In this document: positions 53,203 to 61,636 of the stretch, in pieces
Layout of the letters: each line of letters begins with the position of its first letter
How positions within the stretch are numbered: position 1 is the stretch's first letter
Source of the DNA: Escherichia phage FL20
Strand: one strand, 5' to 3'
Sequence record: PP400781
DNA length: 64,000 nucleotides
Made by a program: the position numbers and the translations under genes
Notes under the pieces: model-generated
What the model was told of the DNA's origin: nothing
Databases searched by the model: none
What the model saw: the letters and a program-made list of their open reading frames with translations, nothing else

Positions 53203-54150
53203 TTAGAACTCACCAATTTTCTGTAACATTTTAACTAACGCATTTGTTACAAAATAGTTATAAATTTTACCGCGTGGTGCTGGTTTAGATTTTTCCCATG
53301 CTAACAAAATTTCATATTCGATGTTATCGGGAATAAATTCAAAATCAATAAGTTCGCGGTTTTCGTCAAAGCGTCGTGCTTCTTCCTCTGTCATCAAAGA
53401 CTTTGGATCTTCGGCATCGAAAATTTGCTCTAACCATTTGGTTGCAATTGGTTTAGCTCGTTCTCCTTCCAGTCGTGAGATAATGAAATCACTACGGCAC
53501 TTGATCGAAGCTACACCGTCTTTTGCGTCACCCTTAACACATTTTACCATAAGGTCTTTGTAAGGGCTACCATATTTGCATTTCTTCCATGCTTTCTGTA
53601 CTGGCGCCCACTGTTTCACATTTTTGTATTTGTGCAACTGTGTGTAGTCACCATCGCCGGAGTTGATTAGCACCTGGCGACCTTCTACAGAAAACTTTTT
53701 AGTTAATACAGCGATTATGTCATCTGCTTCAACTTTGTCAACCTTAATAACGTGATAAGGCATGTTCTCTTTAAACTCTTCGGTGATCTTATTGATCGCA
53801 GCAAAGATCATCTCCCAATCACGCGGATCTGCGTCTCGTTTTTCCTTACGGTTGCGTTTATAGTAAGGGGCGATATCACGTCGCCAGTAACCTTTGCTTG
53901 AATCAAAAGCAAGTACCGTAATAGGGTATTGCTCTTTGAATTTTGTCATATTATAACGCATGGTGTCAAGAATAAGATGACGGATCATGCCTTCATTAAT
54001 AGGATCTTCCGGTTTAAAGGTATGCGAGATAGTGGCAATCATAAGCTGCGACATATCAATCAAATGCACACCTTCCGGTAGTTTATCTTCTGGATCATCG
54101 AAGAAATCATTAAGTGTAGCGGTCGTTTTTGTAAACGGGTTATACGTCAT
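53203..54150 (-). CDS. rnh: RNase H (5'-3' exonuclease, FEN family)
   Basis: GYWRRD, MPY.V...DK.EADD.IAVL.KKFS.EG, SGDGD.TQLHKY.NVKQW, PRGKIY.YFV match T4 RNase H. Confidence 0.9.
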   Translation of the reverse strand: MTYNPFTKTTATLNDFFDDPEDKLPEGVHLIDMSQLMIATISHTFKPEDPINEGMIRHLILDTMRYNMTKFKEQYPITVLAFDSSKGYWRRDIAPYYKRNRKEKRDADPRDWEMIFAAINKITEEFKENMPYHVIKVDKVEADDIIAVLTKKFSVEGRQVLINSGDGDYTQLHKYKNVKQWAPVQKAWKKCKYGSPYKDLMVKCVKGDAKDGVASIKCRSDFIISRLEGERAKPIATKWLEQIFDAEDPKSLMTEEEARRFDENRELIDFEFIPDNIEYEILLAWEKSKPAPRGKIYNYFVTNALVKMLQKIGEF

Positions 54151-54152
54151 AA

Positions 54153-54338
54153 TTAAGTTCTCTCCACTCTCACAACAACATATTCTTCAAACGAGTTAGA
54201 TACTTCACGGTCATACCCGTATTTCTCCATAACTCGCAGAATTGCATTGTTTAATTCGGCACGGAAATAATTGTAATCCTTATCAGGGATTCTGTCAACT
54301 ACCCATTTTGCACCTTCTGACAAATCAACTTTAACCAT
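54153..54338 (-). CDS. hypothetical small protein (61 aa)
   Basis: ORF coupled upstream of rnh. Confidence 0.4.
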   Translation of the reverse strand: MVKVDLSEGAKWVVDRIPDKDYNYFRAELNNAILRVMEKYGYDREVSNSFEEYVVVRVERT

Positions 54339-54344
54339 AATATA

Positions 54345-54910
54345 TCATCCTCTTTTTGGAAAATTTAAATAAGCATACTCGCCAACTCTTTCATGTGCTG
54401 CACGGTCATAAGCCTTAGCCGCCTCAACTTCTGTCTCAAAGTATCCTAGATGTATATTCTTTCGATTGATAACAATATACGCCTTCCACGGCTTTTTCTT
54501 GCTTGTTGATAATGATACACCTTTATATTTGCTATGACAAGCCTTTTTCTTTGAGACGTTAAACTGATTTTGCTGTTCTGTTGCTTCTCTCATGTTTGAC
54601 GGTCTATTGTTAGTTTTGTCTTGGTCTATGTGATCTATTAGTTCAACCTGAGTACCATACTCTAAAAACCAGACAACTCTATGTACAAATAGATTAAGTT
54701 TATGACCATTGTTATAAAATGTAAAGTATAAATATCCTTCTTTATGGAGACGTTACCCTTACCACATCACCTTTTTTGTATCTGGACCCTTCTTTTCGGA
54801 ATCCAGCAGCTACAGAATCCTTTAAATGGTATAATATTCCATCAACATGATAAAATCTACCTTTTATCGCTTTCTGTGTCTCGATATCCCAAAATTTTGT
54901 TTTTGCCACA
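54345..54910 (-). pseudogene. degraded HNH-AP2 homing endonuclease (paralog of 50799..51395)
   Basis: AP2 part intact from internal Met (YKGVSL...KPWKAYIVINRKNIHLGYF); HNH motif HRVVW...IDHIDQDKTNNRPSN in frame but without start; N-terminal part in another frame. Confidence 0.55.
54727..54734 (+). promoter_or_regulatory. T4-type late promoter TATAAATA
   Basis: Exact TATAAATA 227 nt upstream of gene 34, inside the endonuclease remnant. Confidence 0.35.
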
Positions 54911-54960
54911 ACAACACCTCACACAATAAATAATTTCATATTATAACAGGAGACCCAATA

Positions 54961-57900
54961 ATGGCAGATTTTTCTCAACATTTCAAGGCCACATTTGGCT
55001 TTGACGCTGGTAATGAAAAGGTCGTCAATGTAGCATACGCAGATAAAAACACATCAACGGATGCGGTCAACGTTGAATTTTTCAATTACCATAATGGTAT
55101 TACTCAGTATGACACAACTCGCGGTTATGATCAATACGGAACTACAATCTATCAAAACCGTCCATATTATGCAAAAGAAGATATCACAAAGCCAGCAGGT
55201 GATTTTGACCCGACTAAATGGCAAGCACTGCGCACGGACCCACGTTGGGATTATGTTGCAGCCACTTCCGGTGATACTCCTTTAAAGTCTGGTGATTATA
55301 TCGCAGCAGATGGTCAATTTGCAAACTTGACTTTCTCTATGCCAACTAAACCAGCAGAGGGAGACACTATAACAGTAAAAGATATCGGTGGCAAGTGTGG
55401 TGTTAACGAATTATCGTTCTTGAGTTCAGGACACGAGTTTTACCATAACGGTAATGTGTATAACCGAAAATGGTATTGCACTACCCCGTATGCAATGAAC
55501 TATTTCATCTTTGTTCGGAATCGTTGGCATGTTTATCAGACGGGAACAGAGCCGCGCGGTGTGTACGCACAGCCAGCGATTGATGCTATTCAAATGCAGA
55601 ATGGTGATCAGGTATTTCGTCGTAGTTCGTTGGGTAATATTACCTTAGTGCTTCCTAAGTTTGCCAACAATGGCGACATGATCCAGACTACAGACCTTGA
55701 CGGATTAACCGCAACCAACCACGTTACGGTTAAAGTTCATGAGCACGCAGAAGAACAATCAATTGGCACGTCCGGTCTAAAAGAGATTATCGGTAAGCGT
55801 AGCGGTCATGGTGTATTCATCTTTGACAAGACGGAAAACTTATGGCGTTTGTGGGATGATGATCAGTCTGTTCGTCTTAACCCGATCATCAATGACACTC
55901 GCTTGCAACCTAATAGCTATGTTGCTGTATTTGGTGGTCGTGATGTTACTCTGACGCTGCCGACCAATGTCGAGCCGGGTGATCGTATTCAAGTTTCTAT
56001 GCAGTATATGCACGGAAACCAGACTTGCCGAATCATTACCTCAGAAGAGGATACAAAAATCCTTATGCAGAAAAACATGGTTCAGTTTCCTAAGCGTAGC
56101 GAGTACCCATTCAATGGGACCGATACATGGACTGGAGTGTCTGAATTGTCTTTCAACGCTGCAAATGATTATGTACCTTATCTGGAGTTCTCTTATTCAG
56201 AAGGTGATGATGGTAAGAAATACTGGTTGGTGGCACATGCTCACCCGATTGTAGAACGAGTAGATCCGACTCGTAAAGATCGTGTTGGTGTAATTGCACT
56301 GGCTACCCAGGATGAAACAAACAAAAACCATGAAGATAATCCTAGCGACGAAGTTGCGGTGACTCCAAAGGTTCTGGCTAACAAAACAGCCAACGAAACT
56401 CGACGCGGTATTGCTCGCATTGCGACTCAAGCGGAAACGCATCAAGATACTGGTTCCAACTTCCTGGATGATGTTATCGTTACGCCTAAAAAGTTAAATG
56501 ACTGTGTTGCTACCGAAGCCCGTCGTGGTGTGATGGAAATTGCAACCCAGCACGAAACCAATGAAGGTTTAGACGATACCCGCGCTATTACTCCTAAGAA
56601 ATTAGAAGAACGTCGCGCTTCCGAAGATCTCGCTGGTATTGCTGAAATTGTTCAGGTTGGCGGTAGTGCTGCCGCTCGACGTGGCGAAGCTGGTACAGGG
56701 ATCTATAACATCAACGACCATGCTAAAATTGTTACGCCACAAAACATCAACGAAGTCAAGGCGACCGAAACTTCCCGTGGTGTTGGCTATCTGGCAACTG
56801 ACGCGGAAGTGCAAGGGGCTACAGAATCAACCCCGCAAGATGCTTTACTAATCACGACTCGCACGCTAACGAAACGTACTGCTACCGAATCTCGCACTGG
56901 TATCGCTGAAATTGCAACTCAGGAAGAAACAAACTTAGGTCAAAGTGATAACCATATCATCACGCCTAAAAAGCTGCATACTCGCCGCGCAACGGAAACT
57001 TTACACGGTTTAGCAGAAATTGCAACTCAGTCGGAATTTGACGCAGGTCTTGACGATGCTCGCATTTCTACCCCATTGAAGATTAAAACCTTCTTTGAGA
57101 ATGCACAGCGTTTGAAAGTAGATCCGACTCAGGGGCTTAACCTTACTGGTGATTTGTGGCAAGGTATCATGATCAGCGGTCTGGATGCAACCGAAGACAC
57201 AAAAGGTGTCTCTAAAGTTGCTACTACTCAGCTTACGGATGCTGGTCAAGATGATACTACAATCATCACTCCTAAAAAGCTGCAAGGCAAAAAGGCCACC
57301 GAAGGTAAAGAAGGTATTATCCGAGTTGGTACTCAAGCCGAAACCGTGGCTGGTATTATGGACAATGTAGCAATTTCTCCGAAGAACTTCAAATATGTTG
57401 TTCAGACAGAGGATACATGGAAAGCAACCGAAGCGCGTCGTGGATTCTTGAAAGTTGCTACTCAGGAAAACTGTTTTGTTGGTGATAATCTGCAAGGTTC
57501 TACTCAAGAACTAGGAAACTACCAGCATGACGGAATTGCTGTTACCCCTAAAGGATTAAACTACGCACTTGCTAATTTCTTACCTAAGATGGCAACCGCT
57601 CAGAATAGTTTGAAATTGGGTAACGTAGAGGCCGCTAAATGGGCGCGTAGAGACGTTGACCAGACCATTGAGAGCAATTACACGTTTAATAAAAAAGTTA
57701 ACGTGAAGGGCGATTTAGAGTGCTTAAAATCTGGTTCCTTTGAAACTCTGTCTGTGACTAAGAACTCAACCGATGATCCGAGTAATGGTCATCTGGTGTT
57801 GGGTGAGCGTGGAGTTGACGGTCACACCGGAATTACTCTGCATGGCACAACCGCATCGGAAGGCATGGAAAACTCATGGTCTATTATCGTTGGTGGCACT

Positions 57901-58701
57901 GGAACATCTCAAGTTGTTGATAGTAATGCTATCGCTTTCGGTAAAATCAATGATGGTGGAGTCGTCGAGCATTACGCCTTTGCTATGGAACACAATGGCG
58001 ACGCGACAGCATATAGAGACTTTATTGCAGGTCGTAACCTGTATGCGAAACAAGGCGGTTTATACATTGTTGACCAGTCTAATCCGGCAATGACTCGTTC
58101 CCCAGATGGTATGCTGAATATCGGTCACGGTGGAAGTGTTAACATCAAGGCAGGTCATCAAACGTTAACTACAGAGATCGCCGGACAGAAATATCAGATC
58201 GTCCACGCAGGAAACGCAGACGAAGTTCTTAACCGTCAGTTTGTTAAGAATGCTGGCGATACAATGGTCGGTAAGCTGACTATGGATAATGCGCCTATTG
58301 TTTCTGTTAAGCATGAAGCTAGCGCGGCAACCGCTCCGGCAATCAGCAACATCGGTTTCTGGAATATGCGCGTTACTACCCAGAACATCAAAGAAACTTA
58401 TCCAGAGAAGAAAAACGGTACTCTGATGCAATGGGGTACTGACGCGGACGGGCTTACCCAGCTTTGGTCCCCCGATGGTACTCATAAACATTATATCCGT
58501 TCCGGTACTGGTGGTCAATGGACCGCATGGGGTGAAATTTACACCAAACAGAATAAGCCTACCGCTCAGGAAATCGGGGCAGTAGTTGCAGAAGGTGGTT
58601 TAATGAACTCTATGACGGTTCGTGACTGGATCAAAGTTGGTAATGTTAAAATCATCGCCAATAATCTGACTCGTACCGTAGACTTTATCTGGGAAGACTA
58701 A
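54961..58701 (+). CDS. 34: long tail fibre proximal subunit gp34
   Basis: 1246 aa; about nine ~36-aa repeats of type ATExRRGIAEIATQxET; position after rnh. Confidence 0.9.
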   Translation: MADFSQHFKATFGFDAGNEKVVNVAYADKNTSTDAVNVEFFNYHNGITQYDTTRGYDQYGTTIYQNRPYYAKEDITKPAGDFDPTKWQALRTDPRWDYVAATSGDTPLKSGDYIAADGQFANLTFSMPTKPAEGDTITVKDIGGKCGVNELSFLSSGHEFYHNGNVYNRKWYCTTPYAMNYFIFVRNRWHVYQTGTEPRGVYAQPAIDAIQMQNGDQVFRRSSLGNITLVLPKFANNGDMIQTTDLDGLTATNHVTVKVHEHAEEQSIGTSGLKEIIGKRSGHGVFIFDKTENLWRLWDDDQSVRLNPIINDTRLQPNSYVAVFGGRDVTLTLPTNVEPGDRIQVSMQYMHGNQTCRIITSEEDTKILMQKNMVQFPKRSEYPFNGTDTWTGVSELSFNAANDYVPYLEFSYSEGDDGKKYWLVAHAHPIVERVDPTRKDRVGVIALATQDETNKNHEDNPSDEVAVTPKVLANKTANETRRGIARIATQAETHQDTGSNFLDDVIVTPKKLNDCVATEARRGVMEIATQHETNEGLDDTRAITPKKLEERRASEDLAGIAEIVQVGGSAAARRGEAGTGIYNINDHAKIVTPQNINEVKATETSRGVGYLATDAEVQGATESTPQDALLITTRTLTKRTATESRTGIAEIATQEETNLGQSDNHIITPKKLHTRRATETLHGLAEIATQSEFDAGLDDARISTPLKIKTFFENAQRLKVDPTQGLNLTGDLWQGIMISGLDATEDTKGVSKVATTQLTDAGQDDTTIITPKKLQGKKATEGKEGIIRVGTQAETVAGIMDNVAISPKNFKYVVQTEDTWKATEARRGFLKVATQENCFVGDNLQGSTQELGNYQHDGIAVTPKGLNYALANFLPKMATAQNSLKLGNVEAAKWARRDVDQTIESNYTFNKKVNVKGDLECLKSGSFETLSVTKNSTDDPSNGHLVLGERGVDGHTGITLHGTTASEGMENSWSIIVGGTGTSQVVDSNAIAFGKINDGGVVEHYAFAMEHNGDATAYRDFIAGRNLYAKQGGLYIVDQSNPAMTRSPDGMLNIGHGGSVNIKAGHQTLTTEIAGQKYQIVHAGNADEVLNRQFVKNAGDTMVGKLTMDNAPIVSVKHEASAATAPAISNIGFWNMRVTTQNIKETYPEKKNGTLMQWGTDADGLTQLWSPDGTHKHYIRSGTGGQWTAWGEIYTKQNKPTAQEIGAVVAEGGLMNSMTVRDWIKVGNVKIIANNLTRTVDFIWED

Positions 58702-58735
58702 TTAAAGGGGGCGAAAGCCCCCCTATGGGGTTATT

Positions 58736-59875
58736 ATGACACAAGAGATAGAATTACGCAACACTGGAATTAGGTTTGCGCATTTCGACGAAGACTCTGC
58801 GACATTTACCAACATTTCAGAAAATAACTCTGTGATGTATAAGCTGGAAGTGCGCGGATCTAATGCGGATTCTACCAAACCAGCAAGAATTAGATTTAAT
58901 GGAGTGGAGATCGTCGGGACTGGCTATGAGACTGGCCTAAACTTTAAAGTTTTTACTCCAACTGGACAATTGCACGAAGAAAAGGTATTCTATGGTCGTG
59001 GTGCTGTATTGGGAATGCGTGATTATCTTTATTTGCTAAAAGGCGACTATATCATTGCGATGGCAACGCATGGAGAATTGTTTGCAGATCCGATAAGTGA
59101 TGATATATTTTCTAAGCTGGGATCTGTATCATTCCCGAATCACATTTTGTTACAGCAAATGCCTCGTGTATCCTATGCAGCAATTTATTCGACTAAAATG
59201 GGCAAAATTGTGTGCGAAGGGATGCAAGCAACGCACGGAGAAGGTCAAGATTCGTCTATACAGATCGAGAAAGTTTATGATACTATAGACGATCTTGCAA
59301 TAACAGGAACACCACAACGATTTTTAGATTATCCGGTTGAATATGTTAGCGAAGATGCCGAACATTTCGAGCTAATACAATGGCCTCATGATGAGATCAG
59401 CGCACCACTTGAATATTTTAACATAAAGGCAGGTGACAAACTATCAATATCCTTTGAATTGTTCCGTGATAGTGCCGCAGCCGCAGCCAACGTAACAGCG
59501 CGTTTCTATCACAACTACTTCACCGATGGACAATATCAAACTGGTGTTCGATACAATGCCAGCAAAAAAGACCAATGGGAAAAGTTTGAAGCCGTCTATA
59601 CCGTACCGGAAGGAGTTGATAGTGTTGCCACTGGTTGTATCAGATATCCAACCAACTCAAATGAAGGTATTGTTAAAATTAGAAACATACTAATAACGCC
59701 GATCAGTGGAGTCGTCAAAACTACTGGTCCGACTTCATTTGGTGTTAATGGTGTTAGAACAACTCATATTCAGGATAACGGTGATTTTACTAACCCTGTA
59801 ATGAGTCTTCTTAAACTGCCTAGAGATAATAAACACATCACATCCAACAACTTTAAAGAGTTCGATGTTGATTAA
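58736..59875 (+). CDS. 35: long tail fibre hinge connector gp35
   Basis: 379 aa; synteny 34-35-36. Confidence 0.75.
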   Translation: MTQEIELRNTGIRFAHFDEDSATFTNISENNSVMYKLEVRGSNADSTKPARIRFNGVEIVGTGYETGLNFKVFTPTGQLHEEKVFYGRGAVLGMRDYLYLLKGDYIIAMATHGELFADPISDDIFSKLGSVSFPNHILLQQMPRVSYAAIYSTKMGKIVCEGMQATHGEGQDSSIQIEKVYDTIDDLAITGTPQRFLDYPVEYVSEDAEHFELIQWPHDEISAPLEYFNIKAGDKLSISFELFRDSAAAAANVTARFYHNYFTDGQYQTGVRYNASKKDQWEKFEAVYTVPEGVDSVATGCIRYPTNSNEGIVKIRNILITPISGVVKTTGPTSFGVNGVRTTHIQDNGDFTNPVMSLLKLPRDNKHITSNNFKEFDVD

Positions 59876-59886
59876 CATTTTTAACA

Positions 59887-59917
59887 AGCCGATCCTCGGG
59901 GTCGGCTTTATTTTTAT
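59887..59917 (+). terminator. rho-independent terminator after gene 35
   Basis: AGCCGACCccgaGGATCGGCT hairpin followed by TTATTTTTAT. Confidence 0.7.
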
Positions 59918-60036
59918 ACAGTTGGTTAAAACATAACCAAAACGAAGAAAGATCTTTAGAATAATAGAAAATTTGTTTCGGTTAAAAAATAGTCAGTGCC
60001 TACGGCACGTCGCGAAGCGATATTTTGTTAACATTC

Positions 60037-60044
60037 TATAAATA
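60037..60044 (+). promoter_or_regulatory. T4-type late promoter TATAAATA (gene 36)
   Basis: Exact TATAAATA 34 nt upstream of gene 36 ATG. Confidence 0.65.
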
Positions 60045-60077
60045 CTCGGAACTATAACTAATTTTTGAGGTTACTTT

Positions 60078-61568
60078 ATGGCAGATTTGAAACATGGATC
60101 TACTGTAGGCGGATCTCCCATTTGGACGCAAGGAAACTTGACGATCCAGCCAGCGGGGGATCAGCTTTTCTACAAAGGTCATAAAATCTATACCGCTTTT
60201 GATAAACCTTCGGCTGCCGATTTTGATGCTGTTAGTGCTAAAGACGGTGGCACATTTCAAAAGCAAGTTCATTTCGAGGAAGGTTTAAGCGTAGGTAGCG
60301 CATCGGCTGGAGAAACCAAAAAGAACGGGATCTTTAAAGGAAATAGTGATGCGGCTAACTTTGATGGTGTAAGTTGGGGTTTGCATTCGTGGAAATCTAT
60401 TGGTTTTGTTAATGCTCGTGATGATGTTATCATGGCTTATATTGACACTACCACAGGTGATTTTAAAACTAAAGGGACTATCGAAGGGACAACCATTAAA
60501 GACACAGGTCAACGCGTCTATAGCCCTGTTAATAAACCAACGAATAATGATTTAGATTTGGTGTCTCGTCGCGGTGATACCCTCACAGGAACATATAATT
60601 TAAACACGGTCACTGTTAAACTATCGGTTGATTCGAAATTAATTGCAAGGGAACGTGATTTAATTAATTTTGATGCGACTAAGATCTATTATGGTAACGT
60701 TCTTGATACGTTGGTCTTCCGAAGTAAAGATGAGCCTACCATTTTTGTTAATGGCAGAGAAGGTCGTTTTTATCACACCAACAATAAACCAACTAAAGCC
60801 GATGTTGGGCTAGGCAATGTCACCAATGATGCACAGGTTAAACGTGCTGGTGACATTATGGAAGGTAACTTGCAAGCGCCTAGAATGTTGGCGACAAACG
60901 ATCCTGCTGGTCCTAATGAATTGGTTCGTTTGAGCTACTTTGAGAGAAAATCAATGGTAGCAAATCCAACCATCATTGGAAACGTTGATTGGAACACTCT
61001 TATTAATCGCGGTATCTATCGTGTGGAAAATGCTGGGTCAGGTACTAATAAACCGTCTGATAGCTATTATAACGGCGTTTTGATGGTATATCGCCCAGAA
61101 GATGCGGTCGGTACTCGTCGAATTGTTCAGGTGTATTATCCTGAATCTATTGACCATCCGATGTGCTGGCGTTCGTGTTCTAATGAATCATGGACTGCAT
61201 GGAACTATGTAGATCACCGTAAATTGGCTGATATTCGCTATGTTAACGTAACTGGCGATACCATGACAGGACCGTTAACTGTTCCGGCTGCAAACGGTGT
61301 TAGAACAGCTAGAGGTGCATATAATGGTGATAACTACTATGCTGGACTTAATAGCTTAAATGGTACAGCAATGATTCATCGTGTTAGCGATATTAAAGCG
61401 CACGAGAAACTAGGAATCACACATGATTCTAAAATTATTTTCGTTAAATCTCGTGGCAATACTCAGGACACCGATACCTTTGAATTATACCACGAAGGAC
61501 ATAAACCAACTCCTGATGAGGTTGGCGCGGTTCCGCTCAATGCGGTAATTGATTTTGGTACTTTCTAA
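60078..61568 (+). CDS. 36: long tail fibre distal connector gp36 (extended form)
   Basis: N-terminus MADLKHGSTVGGSPIWTQGN..PAGD..YKGHKIY matches T4 gp36; 496 aa, much longer than T4 gp36. Confidence 0.75.
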   Translation: MADLKHGSTVGGSPIWTQGNLTIQPAGDQLFYKGHKIYTAFDKPSAADFDAVSAKDGGTFQKQVHFEEGLSVGSASAGETKKNGIFKGNSDAANFDGVSWGLHSWKSIGFVNARDDVIMAYIDTTTGDFKTKGTIEGTTIKDTGQRVYSPVNKPTNNDLDLVSRRGDTLTGTYNLNTVTVKLSVDSKLIARERDLINFDATKIYYGNVLDTLVFRSKDEPTIFVNGREGRFYHTNNKPTKADVGLGNVTNDAQVKRAGDIMEGNLQAPRMLATNDPAGPNELVRLSYFERKSMVANPTIIGNVDWNTLINRGIYRVENAGSGTNKPSDSYYNGVLMVYRPEDAVGTRRIVQVYYPESIDHPMCWRSCSNESWTAWNYVDHRKLADIRYVNVTGDTMTGPLTVPAANGVRTARGAYNGDNYYAGLNSLNGTAMIHRVSDIKAHEKLGITHDSKIIFVKSRGNTQDTDTFELYHEGHKPTPDEVGAVPLNAVIDFGTF

Positions 61569-61572
61569 TATT

Positions 61573-61596
61573 AGCGGGGATTCTCCCCGCTTTTCT
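61573..61596 (+). terminator. terminator-like hairpin after gene 36
   Basis: AGCGGGGAttcTCCCCGCT followed by TTTTCT. Confidence 0.55.
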
Positions 61597-61636
61597 AAAT
61601 AATATTATTCTAATAACCGTTTAAGGATTTTATAAA

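Noticed and set aside
54744-54929. 61-aa plus-strand ORF upstream of gene 34
   Set aside because: Antisense to the decayed HNH-AP2 endonuclease. No RBS.
58706-58726. Hairpin GGGGGCGAAAGCCCCC after gene 34 as a terminator
   Set aside because: No downstream T-run. Gene 35 starts 10 nt later and is probably co-transcribed. May be an RNA structure but not a clear terminator.
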